64,000 bases of DNA, from the NCBI GenBank assembly GCA_965601925.1, contig OZ271854.1, positions 1,152,001 through 1,216,000 on the forward strand, written 5' to 3'. The DNA comes from Alkalispirochaeta sp. (lineage in GTDB: Bacteria > Spirochaetota > Spirochaetia > DSM-27196 > Alkalispirochaetaceae). Shown piece by piece: positions 50,373 through 60,508 of this stretch. The position numbers and the translations under genes were made by a program. How positions within the stretch are numbered: position 1 is the stretch's first letter; each line of letters opens with the position of its first letter. The notes below the pieces were generated by a model. That model made no database searches, was not told the origin of the DNA, and was given only the letters and a program-made list of their open reading frames with translations.

Positions 50373-51334
50373 TGTTCGATCCTCTCGGGACGCTGATACT
50401 CGGTCACAGCCTCTCCCACGGTTCCGTAAGACTGAAGCACGCGAAGGGCCGCAAGGGTATTCCAACGGCTCGCGGCGCGCGACTCCTCCATGACAAAGTG
50501 CGTGACACCGGGATGCGCCGCCTGGAGCGGCCAGCGTCCGTCGCGGCGACGTTTGGCGACGAGGGCCTGCAACGCGTCGTCCATACGCTCGTCTCGCGGG
50601 GCGTCGGAGCGGCGAAAATAGTCCAGGGCGCGGAGGATGTTGTACTTCCAGCGCCACGGGAAGGCGAGGCGCAGCAACTCCGGATGGATGATCTCCCCGG
50701 TACGGTCCGACTTATAGAGGCGGTGGTCGAGCAGGAACTCCCGCGCCGCCGTGGCCGCACGCTCAAGCTCCTCCGTGCGGTATCCGTATCCGTGTATCGA
50801 GTACTCCAGGATCCCCTCGAGGACGGAGATCGTCGAGTGCACGGAGCTGTGCCGCGCCCCCGATCGGTTTTTGCGACAGTTGAATCCACCGTCGTCCATA
50901 CGCTGGTCCAGGATGAAGTCGACCACCGATCGGAGCCCCTTCTCCGGCTCCCGAAAGTAGCAGGCGTATCGTAGAAACATCCCGTTGATACAGACGTCGC
51001 TCTGCTTGATCGTTCCCGACGGATTGATACCGCCGTCCGGACCTTTACGGCGTTCCGTAATTGCGTGAATACTTTCCTGCACCGCGGGGTGCCGCGGATC
51101 GATCTCCAGGGCCCTGAGATCGAGCAGTGTGTAGTGCGAGCTGGTCCACTTGGGTTGATAAAAGTCGCGCCCCCACGACCCGTCACCATTCCTACGAGCG
51201 AGAAAGCGCGCACCCCACCCCTCGCATTCGATCCGCTCCCGAAGATCGGGCCTATCCTCGCCCAATAGATCGCGGTGCGTCTGATATTGTATGGAGACGT
51301 CCCCTTCAAGAAGCCACTCGACAACGTCATGCAC
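50369..51334 (-). CDS. Uncharacterised alpha/alpha-barrel (prenyltransferase-like) protein
   Basis: EWLLEGD.SIQYQ..RDLL, GSW...YQPKW.S.HYTL, QRMDDGGFNC, RRRDGRW; GAGGAGG before GTG 51334. Confidence 0.78.
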   Translation of the reverse strand: MHDVVEWLLEGDVSIQYQTHRDLLGEDRPDLRERIECEGWGARFLARRNGDGSWGRDFYQPKWTSSHYTLLDLRALEIDPRHPAVQESIHAITERRKGPDGGINPSGTIKQSDVCINGMFLRYACYFREPEKGLRSVVDFILDQRMDDGGFNCRKNRSGARHSSVHSTISVLEGILEYSIHGYGYRTEELERAATAAREFLLDHRLYKSDRTGEIIHPELLRLAFPWRWKYNILRALDYFRRSDAPRDERMDDALQALVAKRRRDGRWPLQAAHPGVTHFVMEESRAASRWNTLAALRVLQSYGTVGEAVTEYQRPERIEQ

Positions 51335-51357
51335 CGTGTCCTCCTCTTCATGGTACC

Positions 51358-52152
51358 TCAACTGCCCGTCGAGACATAGCGCGCCTCGGCCTGACGATAG
51401 ACCGACAGCGCGACAATACAAAAGATCACACCGCCGACAGGGGTGATCCACCCGACAGAGAGCGGTACCCCGTCGCCGCGTCGCAAGAAGGTTAACGCCG
51501 GATAGTAAACGACGCCGGCGAGGGGGATCAAAAAGGTAAACACACCGCGCAACGGCGAGGGATAAATCGACATCGGAAACTGCGCCATCTGCGGCCCGCC
51601 GTCGGTGAAGATATTGAACGCCTCGATATTCTGCAGCACCTTCATTCCCACCGCACCTTGAAGGATATACAAACCCGAAAAGAGGCACGCTCCGCCGAAG
51701 AGCGCCCACACGAGGAGAAACACACCGATCGGCAAGATCGGCTCGTCGATGATGATGAGGGCGATTGTGAGGACGATGAGCGCTTGCAAGAGCCGTCCCA
51801 ATCGGTGGAGGGCAAACTCGTGGCCGCACAGCTGTACGACCGTCGATACGGGCCGCAAGAGCAATCGATCGTACGCACCGACACGCGTAAGGTCGGCCAG
51901 AAAATCGAAGCCGCGCACGGCGAACTCGGCGAGGGCATGAGAGAGGTGTGCCAAGCCGTAGCAGACGAGTACCTCCTCCATCCGCCAACCGGCGAGAGAG
52001 CCGAAGTGGCGGAAGAGAATCCAGATCGCGATAAACTCCGACCAGAAAATGGTGAAGTACCCCGTGATATTGAAGAGAACCGAGAGTCGGTATTGGAGTT
52101 GCGACCGGATGGACGCTCCGATCAGCGCGCCGTATACGCGTAACCCGTGCAC
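51358..52152 (-). CDS. ABC-2 type exporter permease (DUF990-like)
   Basis: SQLQYR, LAGW...E, G.YDR.LLRP, FPMSIY. Confidence 0.85.
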   Translation of the reverse strand: MHGLRVYGALIGASIRSQLQYRLSVLFNITGYFTIFWSEFIAIWILFRHFGSLAGWRMEEVLVCYGLAHLSHALAEFAVRGFDFLADLTRVGAYDRLLLRPVSTVVQLCGHEFALHRLGRLLQALIVLTIALIIIDEPILPIGVFLLVWALFGGACLFSGLYILQGAVGMKVLQNIEAFNIFTDGGPQMAQFPMSIYPSPLRGVFTFLIPLAGVVYYPALTFLRRGDGVPLSVGWITPVGGVIFCIVALSVYRQAEARYVSTGS

Positions 52153-52157
52153 TCCGT

Positions 52158-52972
52158 CTACCCTCCCGCCACTTCCAGCTTGCGCGTTCCCCGGCGAGAC
52201 AGGAGCACGCCGAACCCGATAAGGACGACTACCCACACGATCTGATGGAGCAATCCCAACACGGCCCCACGGTACGTCACCGCGCCGGTATACAGGAGCG
52301 CCGGAGTATCGTAGAGCCCGCGAAAGGGTAGGAACGCGGCGATGCGTCTCAGAAGGGGTGGAAAGAACGCCGGCGGTACCAATAGTCCCGAAAAGAGGCT
52401 CACGACCGCGTATGAGAGCGCCGCCGATCCGCGCGTCGAGACGGTCCAGAAACCGGTCATGTAGATTGCAGTTTGGATCGCGGCGCTCAGAAGAAGCGTG
52501 ATCAAGAAGCTCCCCAAAAGAACCGGGAGGAGCTTGACGTCGGGCGCTCCATGCCGTAACGAGAGAGTCCCAGCACGGGCAACAGGAGGACCAACACGAC
52601 TACTTGGATCACCGAGCGGGAGCAAAGAACAGTCACCCTCCGTCCCAGCACGCGGAAGTAAAAGAACCGGTAGAGTCCGACGGGGCGGATCAGGCGATAG
52701 GCAACGTCGCCGGAACGGATCTCCTCCGCGTCGCCGCCGATCATCCCCGTCAGGGGTAAGACGCCGAACAGTACTTGCCCGAACCAGATGTAGCTGTAGA
52801 GATCCGATAGCGCCATCGGCTGCGGCGCCTCGGACGCCGCGTAAAACGCCGTCAGCAGGAAGATTCGAAAAAAGCCGAAGGCGATATTAGTGATCGCCCC
52901 GGCCACGGCCGCTACGCGATACTGGAGATGCTGTTGAAAGACGACGCGAAAGAGCGCCCAATAGACGCTCAT
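52158..52972 (-). pseudogene. ABC-2 type exporter permease split by a frameshift near 52545
   Basis: N-half (LQYR, YIW..Q, IRSGDVAY.LIRP) and C-half (FSG..VP..FFP, LPF, LEVAGG) are in different frames. Confidence 0.75.
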
Positions 52973-53949
52973 CCGCGGGACTCCTCGTATATCTGCGCCA
53001 CGACACGTTCGATGGGCTCCGCCTCCGCCGTCAGGTCGACGATTCTGCGGGAGGAGGAGACTGCGGCGATGATCCGGGCGACGTCGGTCTCTTTCGGGTC
53101 GTACCAGTAGGTAACGCGCCCGCCCTCGATGTGCGCCTCGGTCGATGGGACCGGCGCTATCGGTGCGGCTCCCGCGGTCTCGATGGTGAGACGCCTCCGG
53201 AAGCCGTAGCGACTTCGCAGCCCGTTGAGATCGCCGCGGTAGACAATCTCTCCCTCGTTGAGCAGGATCACGCGATCGGACAACTCCTCGATATCGTCCA
53301 TATCGTGGGTCGTGAGAATGACCGCGGTACCGCGACGGTCTCGGAGTCCGCGTATAAAGCGGCGCACCGCGACCTTGGCGGTAGCGTCGAGGCCGATCGT
53401 CGGCTCATCCAAAAAGAGCGTGTCGGGGTTGTGGAGTAGGGACGCGGCAAGGTCGCATCGCATACGCTGGCCCAACGAAAGCTGGCGGACCGGCATACGG
53501 AGGAGCGGGGCCAGTACGAGAAGATCCGTGAGCTCCCCAAGGGACCGGCGAAACTGCGGCGCCGGTACGCGATACATCGTCCTGAGGAGCGAAAAAGACT
53601 CCTCGACGGGGAGGTCCCACCACAACTGCGTCCGCTGACCGAAGACGGCGCCGATACGGCGGACGTGCTCGATACGGTTCTCCCACGGTACCCTTCCGGC
53701 CACGGTGCACTCACCGCGGTCGGGACGCATGATCCCACTCAGTATCTTGATGGTGGTCGACTTACCGGCGCCGTTCGGGCCGATGTAGCCGAGTATCTCC
53801 CCCGTCTCGACGGAGAACGATACGTCTTGGAGGGCCGTGATCTCGCGGTATGTGCGGGCAAAGAGGCCCTTCAATGCGCCGGAGAAGCCGGTCCCTCTGA
53901 GGGAGCTACGATACGTCTTGGTAAGGCCGCGGAGAGATATGTGAGGCAT
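52969..53949 (-). CDS. ABC exporter ATP-binding protein
   Basis: GPNGAGKST, FGQRTQLWWDLP, LSLGQRMR, DEPTIGLD, TTHD. Confidence 0.93.
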   Translation of the reverse strand: MPHISLRGLTKTYRSSLRGTGFSGALKGLFARTYREITALQDVSFSVETGEILGYIGPNGAGKSTTIKILSGIMRPDRGECTVAGRVPWENRIEHVRRIGAVFGQRTQLWWDLPVEESFSLLRTMYRVPAPQFRRSLGELTDLLVLAPLLRMPVRQLSLGQRMRCDLAASLLHNPDTLFLDEPTIGLDATAKVAVRRFIRGLRDRRGTAVILTTHDMDDIEELSDRVILLNEGEIVYRGDLNGLRSRYGFRRRLTIETAGAAPIAPVPSTEAHIEGGRVTYWYDPKETDVARIIAAVSSSRRIVDLTAEAEPIERVVAQIYEESRG

Positions 53950-54103
53950 GCTCTTCCTCGCGGGAGAGGGTCCCGAATTGCGATGAGAAACCCGAAAAAA
54001 AATGATAATACGAGATCAGAACTTACTATACTGCAAAAAAGTCGGTCAAGACGGCGAATGAAACGTTCGATACGACCGCACGGCCCAAAGGGTGCAATTT
54101 CGT

Positions 54104-54166
54104 TTGACACAGCTTCGAGAGGGCCTCATAATGACGATTGTAAGCGCTTCCGGTAGCGCTTACAAT
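54104..54166 (+). promoter_or_regulatory. sigma70 promoter with LacI-family operator
   Basis: TTGACA-N17-CATAAT, then ATTGTAAGCGCT-N6-AGCGCTTACAAT (54137-54166). Confidence 0.8.
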
Positions 54167-54189
54167 TCACTCGTTGCAAGGAGAACGTT

Positions 54190-55437
54190 ATGAAACGGAG
54201 GACGTTTCGACGCGGTATCGTATCGGCCGCGCTGTTGTTGATCCTGTCGACCGCGCTCTTTGCGTCGGGGCAGGATGAGGGTGCGTCGACCGTTACGATT
54301 TGGCATCCCTTTCCCGAGGAGACGCACTTCATTCAGCACGCCGCGGCCACGTGGAATCGAGAGCACCCCGATCGCTTTGCGGTGGAACCGCGCTTTATTC
54401 CATTCGGCGACCTCAAGCGGGAGATAACGCAGTCGGTGGTAACCGGAGAGGTGCCCGATATCTACATGGTCGACAACCCCGACCACGCCTCCTTTGCCGC
54501 CTCGGGCTCCTTGTACGATCTCACCGATTGGGTCGAGGAGTGGGGTGAGGCGGACGAATACTTCCCCGGACCGTGGAACTCGACGATGTGGGAGGGGCGT
54601 AACTTCGGCGTACCGATCGACTCCAACACGATCTTGCTCTACTACAATCGCGACGCCTTTGATCGCGCCGGTATCGACTCTCCGCCCCGGACGTGGACCG
54701 AGCTGCGCGAGTACGCCGCAACCCTTACTAACCCGGCCGAGGAGTTTCGCGGCATCGCCTTCTCGGCGGTGCGGACCGAGGAGGGGACGTTTCAGTTTCT
54801 ACCCTTCGTCCAACAGGCCGGCGGCACTCTTGAGCGCGTAAACGGCGCGGGCGGAGTCGCGGCGCTTCGACTGTGGAGCGATCTGGTCGAGGGCGGATAC
54901 GCCTCGCCGGAGGTGGTCAATATCACGCAGAACGAGGCGGTCGGGCTGTTGGCAAGCGGAAATGTGGCGATGGCTATCTCCGGACCGTGGAGTTTGGGCC
55001 TTATGGAGGAGGTCGAGTTCGAGTGGGGTCTCGCCCTCCTCCCGGTAGTGGAAGAGGTCGGCGTTCGATCCTCCGCTATGGGGGGCTACAACATGGCGAT
55101 CATGGCCGACAGCGACAACCCGGAGGAGGCGTGGGAGTTTATCACGTGGCTCCAGTCTCCGGAGAACATCAGACGATTCTACTGGGATTACCTCGGCGGC
55201 GCCCGCATCCCCTCGCGCGCCGATGTCGCCGGTGAGGCGGGACGGTGGGTCGAGGACGAGCGGCTCCAGGTGTTCATCGAACAGCTCCGGTACGCCTCCC
55301 CACGCGGTCCTCATCCCCAGTGGCCGGCGATTTCCGACGCGATCCAGGTGGCGATCCAGAAGGCCCTTACCGGTCAAGCGTCGCCCGAGGAGGCGCTCGA
55401 CGAGGCCGCCGCCGCAATTACGGAGATCTATCAGTAG
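54190..55437 (+). CDS. Sugar ABC substrate-binding protein
   Basis: Signal ...LFASG, PDI..DNPD, LYYN, EEGTFQF.P, GPW. Confidence 0.93.
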   Translation: MKRRTFRRGIVSAALLLILSTALFASGQDEGASTVTIWHPFPEETHFIQHAAATWNREHPDRFAVEPRFIPFGDLKREITQSVVTGEVPDIYMVDNPDHASFAASGSLYDLTDWVEEWGEADEYFPGPWNSTMWEGRNFGVPIDSNTILLYYNRDAFDRAGIDSPPRTWTELREYAATLTNPAEEFRGIAFSAVRTEEGTFQFLPFVQQAGGTLERVNGAGGVAALRLWSDLVEGGYASPEVVNITQNEAVGLLASGNVAMAISGPWSLGLMEEVEFEWGLALLPVVEEVGVRSSAMGGYNMAIMADSDNPEEAWEFITWLQSPENIRRFYWDYLGGARIPSRADVAGEAGRWVEDERLQVFIEQLRYASPRGPHPQWPAISDAIQVAIQKALTGQASPEEALDEAAAAITEIYQ

Positions 55438-55518
55438 CCTCCATTCGCGGTCGATCGCGCCGGATGGGGCCCTCGATCCGGGGCCGACGGCCGGATCATC
55501 GGAACATAGACGATTCGT

Positions 55519-56403
55519 ATGAAGCGCTATAACCCGGAACGCACGTATCGGTGGTTCATGGCACCGGCACTCCTGTACCTCGTGGTGTTCGTCTTGTATC
55601 CGATCCTCCACAACGTCACCTTGAGCCTACGGGAGGTAACGGCGGCCAACATCCGCGCGGACCGTCATCCCTTTGTCGGTTTGGCAAACTATCTCGAGCT
55701 GTTGCGAGACGACGCGTTTTGGAGGGTGTTGGGGAACACGCTTCTCTTCACGACGGCGAGCATCACCTTTCAGTTCTCCATCGGCTTTGCCGTTGCGCTC
55801 TATCTCAACCGACGATTCCCCGCCCGGGACTTTGTACGGTCGGCGGTCATCCTCGGGTGGGTGCTCTCTCCCATCGTGGTCGGGACCATCTGGCGCTGGA
55901 TACTCAATAGCGACTTCGGACTGTTGAACTTCCTCATGCGCCGACTCGGGATGATCGACCGGAACATCAGTTGGCTGCCCAGGCCCGGCTCGGCGATGGC
56001 GGGAGTCATCATGGCGAACGTGTGGCTCGGCATACCCTTCAACATGATGCTCCTCACCGGCGGGCTGGCAAACCTTCCCGAGAGCGTCTTCGAGTCGGCG
56101 ATGATCGACGGTGCGAGCCGCACCCAACGGTTCTTCCGTATCACGATACCGCTCCTCCGACACACGATCGCGGCGACGGTGATGCTCGGTTTCATCTACA
56201 CGTTGAAGGTCTTCGATCTCATTTGGGTCATGACTACCGGCGGGCCGGTCAACGCCACGACGACGTTGTCGGTGTGGTCGTACCGCCTCTCTTTCGTGCT
56301 GTTCACCTTCAGCGACGGCGCGACGGCGGCCAATATGCTCTTTGTGCTGACGATGATACCGACGGTGATCTACATCTATTGGTTTGCCCGGGAGGAGTCG
56401 TGA
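55519..56403 (+). CDS. Sugar ABC permease (MalF-like)
   Basis: FVGLANY, W.GIPF, ESAMIDGA, GGP.NAT. Confidence 0.93.
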   Translation: MKRYNPERTYRWFMAPALLYLVVFVLYPILHNVTLSLREVTAANIRADRHPFVGLANYLELLRDDAFWRVLGNTLLFTTASITFQFSIGFAVALYLNRRFPARDFVRSAVILGWVLSPIVVGTIWRWILNSDFGLLNFLMRRLGMIDRNISWLPRPGSAMAGVIMANVWLGIPFNMMLLTGGLANLPESVFESAMIDGASRTQRFFRITIPLLRHTIAATVMLGFIYTLKVFDLIWVMTTGGPVNATTTLSVWSYRLSFVLFTFSDGATAANMLFVLTMIPTVIYIYWFAREES

Positions 56404-57242
56404 AGCGGAGAAACGGCACAAGGACCGGAAACCGCCGCGTCGCGATCTATACCCTCGGCGCATTCCTCGCCATGGGTATCTATCTCGTACCGGTGTTCTG
56501 GATGTACGTATCGGGTCTCAAGACGGAGCGGGACGTCTACGCGATCCCCCCGACCCTTATACCCGATCCGATTACCTTCGAACCGATTTTACAGACCCTC
56601 GCCTCCGGGGGCGGGCGTTACTTTGCCAATAGCGTGCTGATCGCGACGGCCAGTACCGCCTTGACGCTCATTCTCGCAGGATGCACCGGGTTTGCCGTTG
56701 CACGGATGAAAAGCCGCATCGTCTCTCCGGTGGTACTCATCTTTCTCATCGCTCAGATGCTGCCAACCGTACTCCGAGTGACGCCGCTGTTCGTACTGTT
56801 CAATCGGGCGGGCCTCATCAACAGCTACGCCTCGGTCATCCTCGCCAACGCGTCCCTCACGATACCGTTTGCGGTTATCATGTTGCGCACCGCCTTTCTC
56901 GCCGCACCGACGGAGATCGAGGAGGCGTCGTTGATCGACGGCTGCGGACTCCTCCAATCCTTCCTCCGTATCTCGATACCGATGAGCAAGGCGGGATTTG
57001 CCGTGGTCGGCGCGATGTCCTTTGTCTGGTCCTTCGGCGACTTCGTGTTTGCCCTCTCGTTTCTGAGCCGCGAGAGTATGCATCCCGCCACGTTGGGACT
57101 CTACAACTTCATCGGCGCCGAGGCGACGAGCTGGAACAACGTCATGGCCTTTGCCGGGTTGACCGCTCTCCCTCTCATCGCGCTTTTCATGGTCCTCCAG
57201 AAACAGATCGTGAAGGGGCTGTCGACCGGGTCCTTTCGGTAG
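56400..57242 (+). CDS. Sugar ABC permease (MalG-like)
   Basis: GTG overlaps the upstream stop; EEASLIDG, FGDF.FA. Confidence 0.9.
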   Translation: MKRRNGTRTGNRRVAIYTLGAFLAMGIYLVPVFWMYVSGLKTERDVYAIPPTLIPDPITFEPILQTLASGGGRYFANSVLIATASTALTLILAGCTGFAVARMKSRIVSPVVLIFLIAQMLPTVLRVTPLFVLFNRAGLINSYASVILANASLTIPFAVIMLRTAFLAAPTEIEEASLIDGCGLLQSFLRISIPMSKAGFAVVGAMSFVWSFGDFVFALSFLSRESMHPATLGLYNFIGAEATSWNNVMAFAGLTALPLIALFMVLQKQIVKGLSTGSFR

Positions 57243-57407
57243 TTGCCCCGGCGCGCCTCGCAGACGCGCTCGCGCGCAACGGGTCGTTGCTACCGATTCA
57301 TCGTCGTATTGCCCGAGTATCCGCCTCAATAACGCCGACATCGGGAACATTTACCAAACGCGGAATATTCAATTATTATAGTGCTATCATGTAATAGAGG
57401 TACTAAA

Positions 57408-59633
57408 GTGGGTCGTTTCCGGTTTCATCTGAGAATTGCGCTGCCTATATTTTTTACTATTTTCGTCGCATTAACCGGAATATCAATTTTTATAATCAAC
57501 CTTTACTTCTCCATTCGCTCCCTCGAGCGCGTAAGCTTCGATTACCTGACACAGACCAGCCAAATCGTTCTGGAAAACACCGTCGGCCACCTCTCGCCGG
57601 CGGCACGTTTCGCCGAGATGAACGAGACGTTGCTCAACCCTGAGCATTACAACCGAAATTACTTCGACGTATTCAATACCGTTACGATTCCGCAATTCTC
57701 CGTCTACGATCAATTCGCGCTGATCTATTTCGGCTCGACGACCGGCGACTTCTGGCTCAACGGTGTGGAGCTCGATCTCACCGTACAGACTCAGGCGATC
57801 GACCGTAAGATCGACGGCGAGGCGTCGGATGCGTTCCTTCGAGACGCGCGGGAGCTTCCTCGCGACACGCCGGAGGAGATCGAGACCGTTGCGCGGACCA
57901 TCGCGCCGTACATCGAGACGATCATCTATCGACGCGACGAGGGGGGCGCGATCGTTGCCGCCGAGCCCGATATCGACTATATCTACGATCCCCGATGGCG
58001 CCCGTGGTACGCAAACGCCGTAGACCGGGGCAATGCGACGTGGAGCTCGGTCTACACATTCAGCTCAAGCGGACGGTTCTACGCATCGGGGAAGGTCGGC
58101 GTCACCGTCTCGGCGCCGGTTTACGCGTCCGACGGAGTGCTTGCGGGCGTCGTCGGAATCGACATCGTTTTGGAGCAGCTCAGCGACTTCCTCGAAACGC
58201 TCACGATCGGGCAGAACGGTCGCGCATTCCTCTTTACGAACGATGGACAAGGCGTGGCATACGGATCTCTGCGCATCGCGGAGGACGGCATTCAACCGGA
58301 AGTCCTTCAAAGTATGACGACCATCGACGACATGGCGGCCCGCAGTGCTTTTACGGCGCTCCAACAGCGGGTCGGTGCCGAAACCGGCGGCGTCTTCACA
58401 CGACTCGACGAGAGCCACCAGTTCCGCTTCGATATGGACGGGCGGACCTATCTCGCCGCGTTTGCACCCCTTCAAGACCCTCGCGTGCCGCCGTGGAACG
58501 TGGGGATCGTCGTGCCGCAGGACGACTTTGTGGGCGAGCTGATATCGACCTACTTCATCACCGCCTCGGTGTCGGTGGCGACACTCGTTCTTGTCATCCT
58601 CGTCTCGCTGTACATATCGAGCATGATCACGAAACCGATTCGTCAACTGACCGCCGAGGCCGATCGTATCCGCAACTTGGAGTTGGACGGGGCGATCGTA
58701 GCCGCAAGCCCCTTTACGGAACTTCACAACATGACCGAGGCGTTCGAGCGTATGAAGTCGGGTATTCGCTCGTTCAAGAAGTACATTCCGAGCGACTTGG
58801 TGAGCTTTCTCATTCGCAGCGGACAAGACGCGGTGCTGGGAGGAAAGACGCAAGAGGTATCCATCTTCTTCTCCGACGTCGCCGATTTCACGACGATCGC
58901 GGAGACGCTGACACCGAATGAGCTGGTTAATCACTTGGGAGATTATCTGGGAAACTTCAGCGGTATCATCGCCGATACCGGCGGCACGGTTGACAAGTAC
59001 ATCGGCGACGCGGTCATGGCCTTTTGGAACGCCCCCACATCGGTGGCACAACACGCTCACGCGGCGTGTCTGTCGGCGATCCGTTGCCGTCAGAAGCTCA
59101 TTGCGTTGCGCCGAACGTGGAAGGAGAGCGAGCTACCCCTTCTGTATACGCGAATCGGACTCCACGTCGGCGACGTGGTTGTCGGCAACATGGGCAGCGA
59201 AGAACGCCTCAACTACACGATCCTCGGGGATCCGGTAAACCTTACCAGCCGGCTGGAGGGACTCGCAAAGACGTACGGCGTCGTGATACTGGCGAGCGAG
59301 GACATTCGCGCGCGTACCGAGGATGCCTTTGCGTTCCGCCGCATCGATCGCGTCATGGTCAAGGGTAAAACCATCCCCGTCACCGTGTATGAGTTGGTCG
59401 GCGAACGCGATCGTTGTACCGACGAGATTACCCGGTGGATCGAGACGTATGAACGCGGTCTCGAGGCGTACTTTGCGCAAGCCTGGGACGCGGCCGAAGC
59501 CGATATGAAACGCGTACTTGAGATGCGTCCCCGCGACCGTGCCGCGTCGCTCTTTCTCACGCGGATAGAAAACTTCCGATCCGCTCCTCCCGGCGCCGGC
59601 TGGGACGGAGTGGCGCAATTTACGACAAAGTGA
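57408..59633 (+). CDS. Membrane class III adenylate cyclase (TM-dCache-TM-HAMP-cyclase-TPR-like tail)
   Basis: YDPRWRPWY Cache motif; ITKPI..L HAMP; FSDVADFT, DKYIGDA, GD.VN..SRLE. Confidence 0.92.
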   Translation: MGRFRFHLRIALPIFFTIFVALTGISIFIINLYFSIRSLERVSFDYLTQTSQIVLENTVGHLSPAARFAEMNETLLNPEHYNRNYFDVFNTVTIPQFSVYDQFALIYFGSTTGDFWLNGVELDLTVQTQAIDRKIDGEASDAFLRDARELPRDTPEEIETVARTIAPYIETIIYRRDEGGAIVAAEPDIDYIYDPRWRPWYANAVDRGNATWSSVYTFSSSGRFYASGKVGVTVSAPVYASDGVLAGVVGIDIVLEQLSDFLETLTIGQNGRAFLFTNDGQGVAYGSLRIAEDGIQPEVLQSMTTIDDMAARSAFTALQQRVGAETGGVFTRLDESHQFRFDMDGRTYLAAFAPLQDPRVPPWNVGIVVPQDDFVGELISTYFITASVSVATLVLVILVSLYISSMITKPIRQLTAEADRIRNLELDGAIVAASPFTELHNMTEAFERMKSGIRSFKKYIPSDLVSFLIRSGQDAVLGGKTQEVSIFFSDVADFTTIAETLTPNELVNHLGDYLGNFSGIIADTGGTVDKYIGDAVMAFWNAPTSVAQHAHAACLSAIRCRQKLIALRRTWKESELPLLYTRIGLHVGDVVVGNMGSEERLNYTILGDPVNLTSRLEGLAKTYGVVILASEDIRARTEDAFAFRRIDRVMVKGKTIPVTVYELVGERDRCTDEITRWIETYERGLEAYFAQAWDAAEADMKRVLEMRPRDRAASLFLTRIENFRSAPPGAGWDGVAQFTTK

Positions 59634-59656
59634 CGGACCTGTGCGGTGGAGGCGCT

Positions 59657-60508
59657 ATGAGTAGTATCCGAATTGTGAGGATCGTTTTCGCAGCGATCGT
59701 TGTCTCGACGCTGGGTATTCCGTTGTATGCCCAAGAAGATTTTTCACGCTATCCGCCGGATATCCGGAGAATCAAAGAGCGCGGCTACCTCATCGTTGCA
59801 ATGCATTCGTCGAATTTCAGACCGTACATGTTCGAGGACCCGGATAACCCGGGGGAATTGATCGGCCACGAGATCGACTTAGCACGCGATGTCGCCGAGG
59901 GCCTCGGTGTCGATCTCGTGTTGGATCGCGAGGCGGGGTCCTTCAACGAGATCCCGCGGCGCGTCGCCGAGCGCCACGCCGACGTGGCAATATCGCTGTT
60001 GAGCCGGACGCTTGCGCGAGCGCAGTTCGTCCGCTTCACCACGCCGTACATCATTGTGCAGCCGACGATCGCGATTCACCGTATTAACGTGTCGGTGTTC
60101 GACGTCGATCTCAACGATCCGGTCGCCTCGCTGAACCGTACCGCGGAGCGGGTCGCGGAGCCGGAGGGCAACGCGTACGTCACGATCGCTCGTAACATCT
60201 TTCCCAACGTAGAGCTCGTCGAACTGGAGAACTGGAACGCCGTCTATGACGCGGTGCTCTCGCGAGAGGTCACTTTCGCGCTACGGAGCGAGGTGGGCGT
60301 CGCGAACTTTCTCTTTGAGAACCAGGAACAACAGATCAATCTGCAGACGATTCCGCTCAATGAGCCGCGTTACGAGGATCCGCTGGCCATGGCGGTGCAC
60401 CCGGACGACGTCCATCTTCTCCATTGGCTCAATGTCTTCATACAGGACGTCCACGGAACGATCACCGGACAGGAACTGCTGACCCAATATGCGCAATACT
60501 ATGAGTAA
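59657..60508 (+). CDS. Amino-acid-type substrate-binding protein (family 3)
   Basis: Signal; I.RIKERG.L.VA, G..IDLA..A..LGV, SRT..RA..VRFT.PY. Confidence 0.88.
   Translation: MSSIRIVRIVFAAIVVSTLGIPLYAQEDFSRYPPDIRRIKERGYLIVAMHSSNFRPYMFEDPDNPGELIGHEIDLARDVAEGLGVDLVLDREAGSFNEIPRRVAERHADVAISLLSRTLARAQFVRFTTPYIIVQPTIAIHRINVSVFDVDLNDPVASLNRTAERVAEPEGNAYVTIARNIFPNVELVELENWNAVYDAVLSREVTFALRSEVGVANFLFENQEQQINLQTIPLNEPRYEDPLAMAVHPDDVHLLHWLNVFIQDVHGTITGQELLTQYAQYYE

Noticed and set aside
50369..51988. Single 539-aa protein as listed
   Set aside because: The first 218 codons overlap the permease in another frame; a strong RBS supports GTG 51334.
55438..55518. Terminator after the sugar SBP gene
   Set aside because: Only a short CCGGAT/ATCCGG stem with no U-tract.
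57408..59633. Anti-phage cyclic-nucleotide system (Pycsar/CBASS)
   Set aside because: The cyclase has a Cache-HAMP sensory architecture and no cNMP-binding, TIR or pore-forming effector is adjacent.
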